Shown here: one piece after another, positions 19,601 to 19,866 of the stretch
Layout of the letters: each line of letters opens with the position of its first letter
Numbering within the stretch: position 1 is the first letter of the stretch
DNA from: Candidatus Krumholzibacteriota bacterium
GTDB lineage: Bacteria > Krumholzibacteriota > Krumholzibacteriia > JAJRXK01
Direction: 5' to 3'
DNA length: 19,866 bases
Assembly (NCBI GenBank): GCA_963806035.1
Contig: CAWDWO010000017.1
Span: 1 to 19,866 of the forward strand
Program-made: the position numbers and the translations under genes
Notes under the pieces: generated by a model
Database searches by the model: none
What the model was told of the DNA's origin: nothing
The model's input: the letters and a program-made list of their open reading frames with translations, nothing else

Positions 19601-19866
19601 GCCCCGGCCTCCTCGAGCATTTTCAGGAACTCGTTCTCGTCGACGATTCGAATCCCGAGCTCCTCCGCCCGACTATGCTTGGATCCGGGGCGCTCGCCCA
19701 CCACGACCAAATCCGTCTTCTTACTCACGCTCGAAACGACGCGCCCGCCCAGGGCCTCGATCCTGGCCTTGGCCTCTCTGCGCTCCATGCTGGAGAGAGT
19801 CCCGTCAACACGACCGAGAGTTCAGCGAAGGGCGAGTCTTCCGGTACCGCCTCGCTGGCATTCTCT
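19597..19866 (-). CDS. ligA: NAD-dependent DNA ligase, C-terminal BRCT domain (5'-truncated; frameshift at 19801-19803)
   Basis: Restoring one G gives [71 protein letters not shown], the canonical LigA BRCT domain. Confidence 0.9.

Noticed and set aside
16932..19866. dinG and ligA as true pseudogenes or programmed frameshifts
   Set aside because: Conserved motifs are intact, no slippery heptamer with stimulator was seen, and ligA is essential; sequencing error is more parsimonious.

Overview
GC-rich bacterial chromosomal window with every credible gene on the minus strand. In transcription order (high to low coordinates): 3' end of ligA (BRCT domain), a DinG/YoaA-family Fe-S helicase, hutU, hutI, a large TPR protein with an acidic linker (SgmX-like architecture), a TonB-dependent-receptor-like outer-membrane barrel, a small ComEA-type helix-hairpin-helix protein, and a Myxococcus/Geobacter-style type IVa pilus locus: pilB-pilT-pilC-pilS-pilR, two tandem paralogous pilins (roughly 70% identical by manual alignment), and a PilH/XapD-like ABC ATPase running off the window. 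A clear sigma-54 promoter precedes the first pilin and a second candidate precedes pilB. Four clear frameshifts (pilS, two in dinG, ligA) and one probable further break in dinG, some at short G runs and one in an essential gene, point to sequencing indels rather than pseudogenes. No RNA genes, CRISPR arrays or mobile elements were recognised. The most interesting items are the TPR/barrel/ComEA cassette in front of the pilus motor genes (candidate DNA-uptake module) and the duplicated single-cysteine pilin pair.
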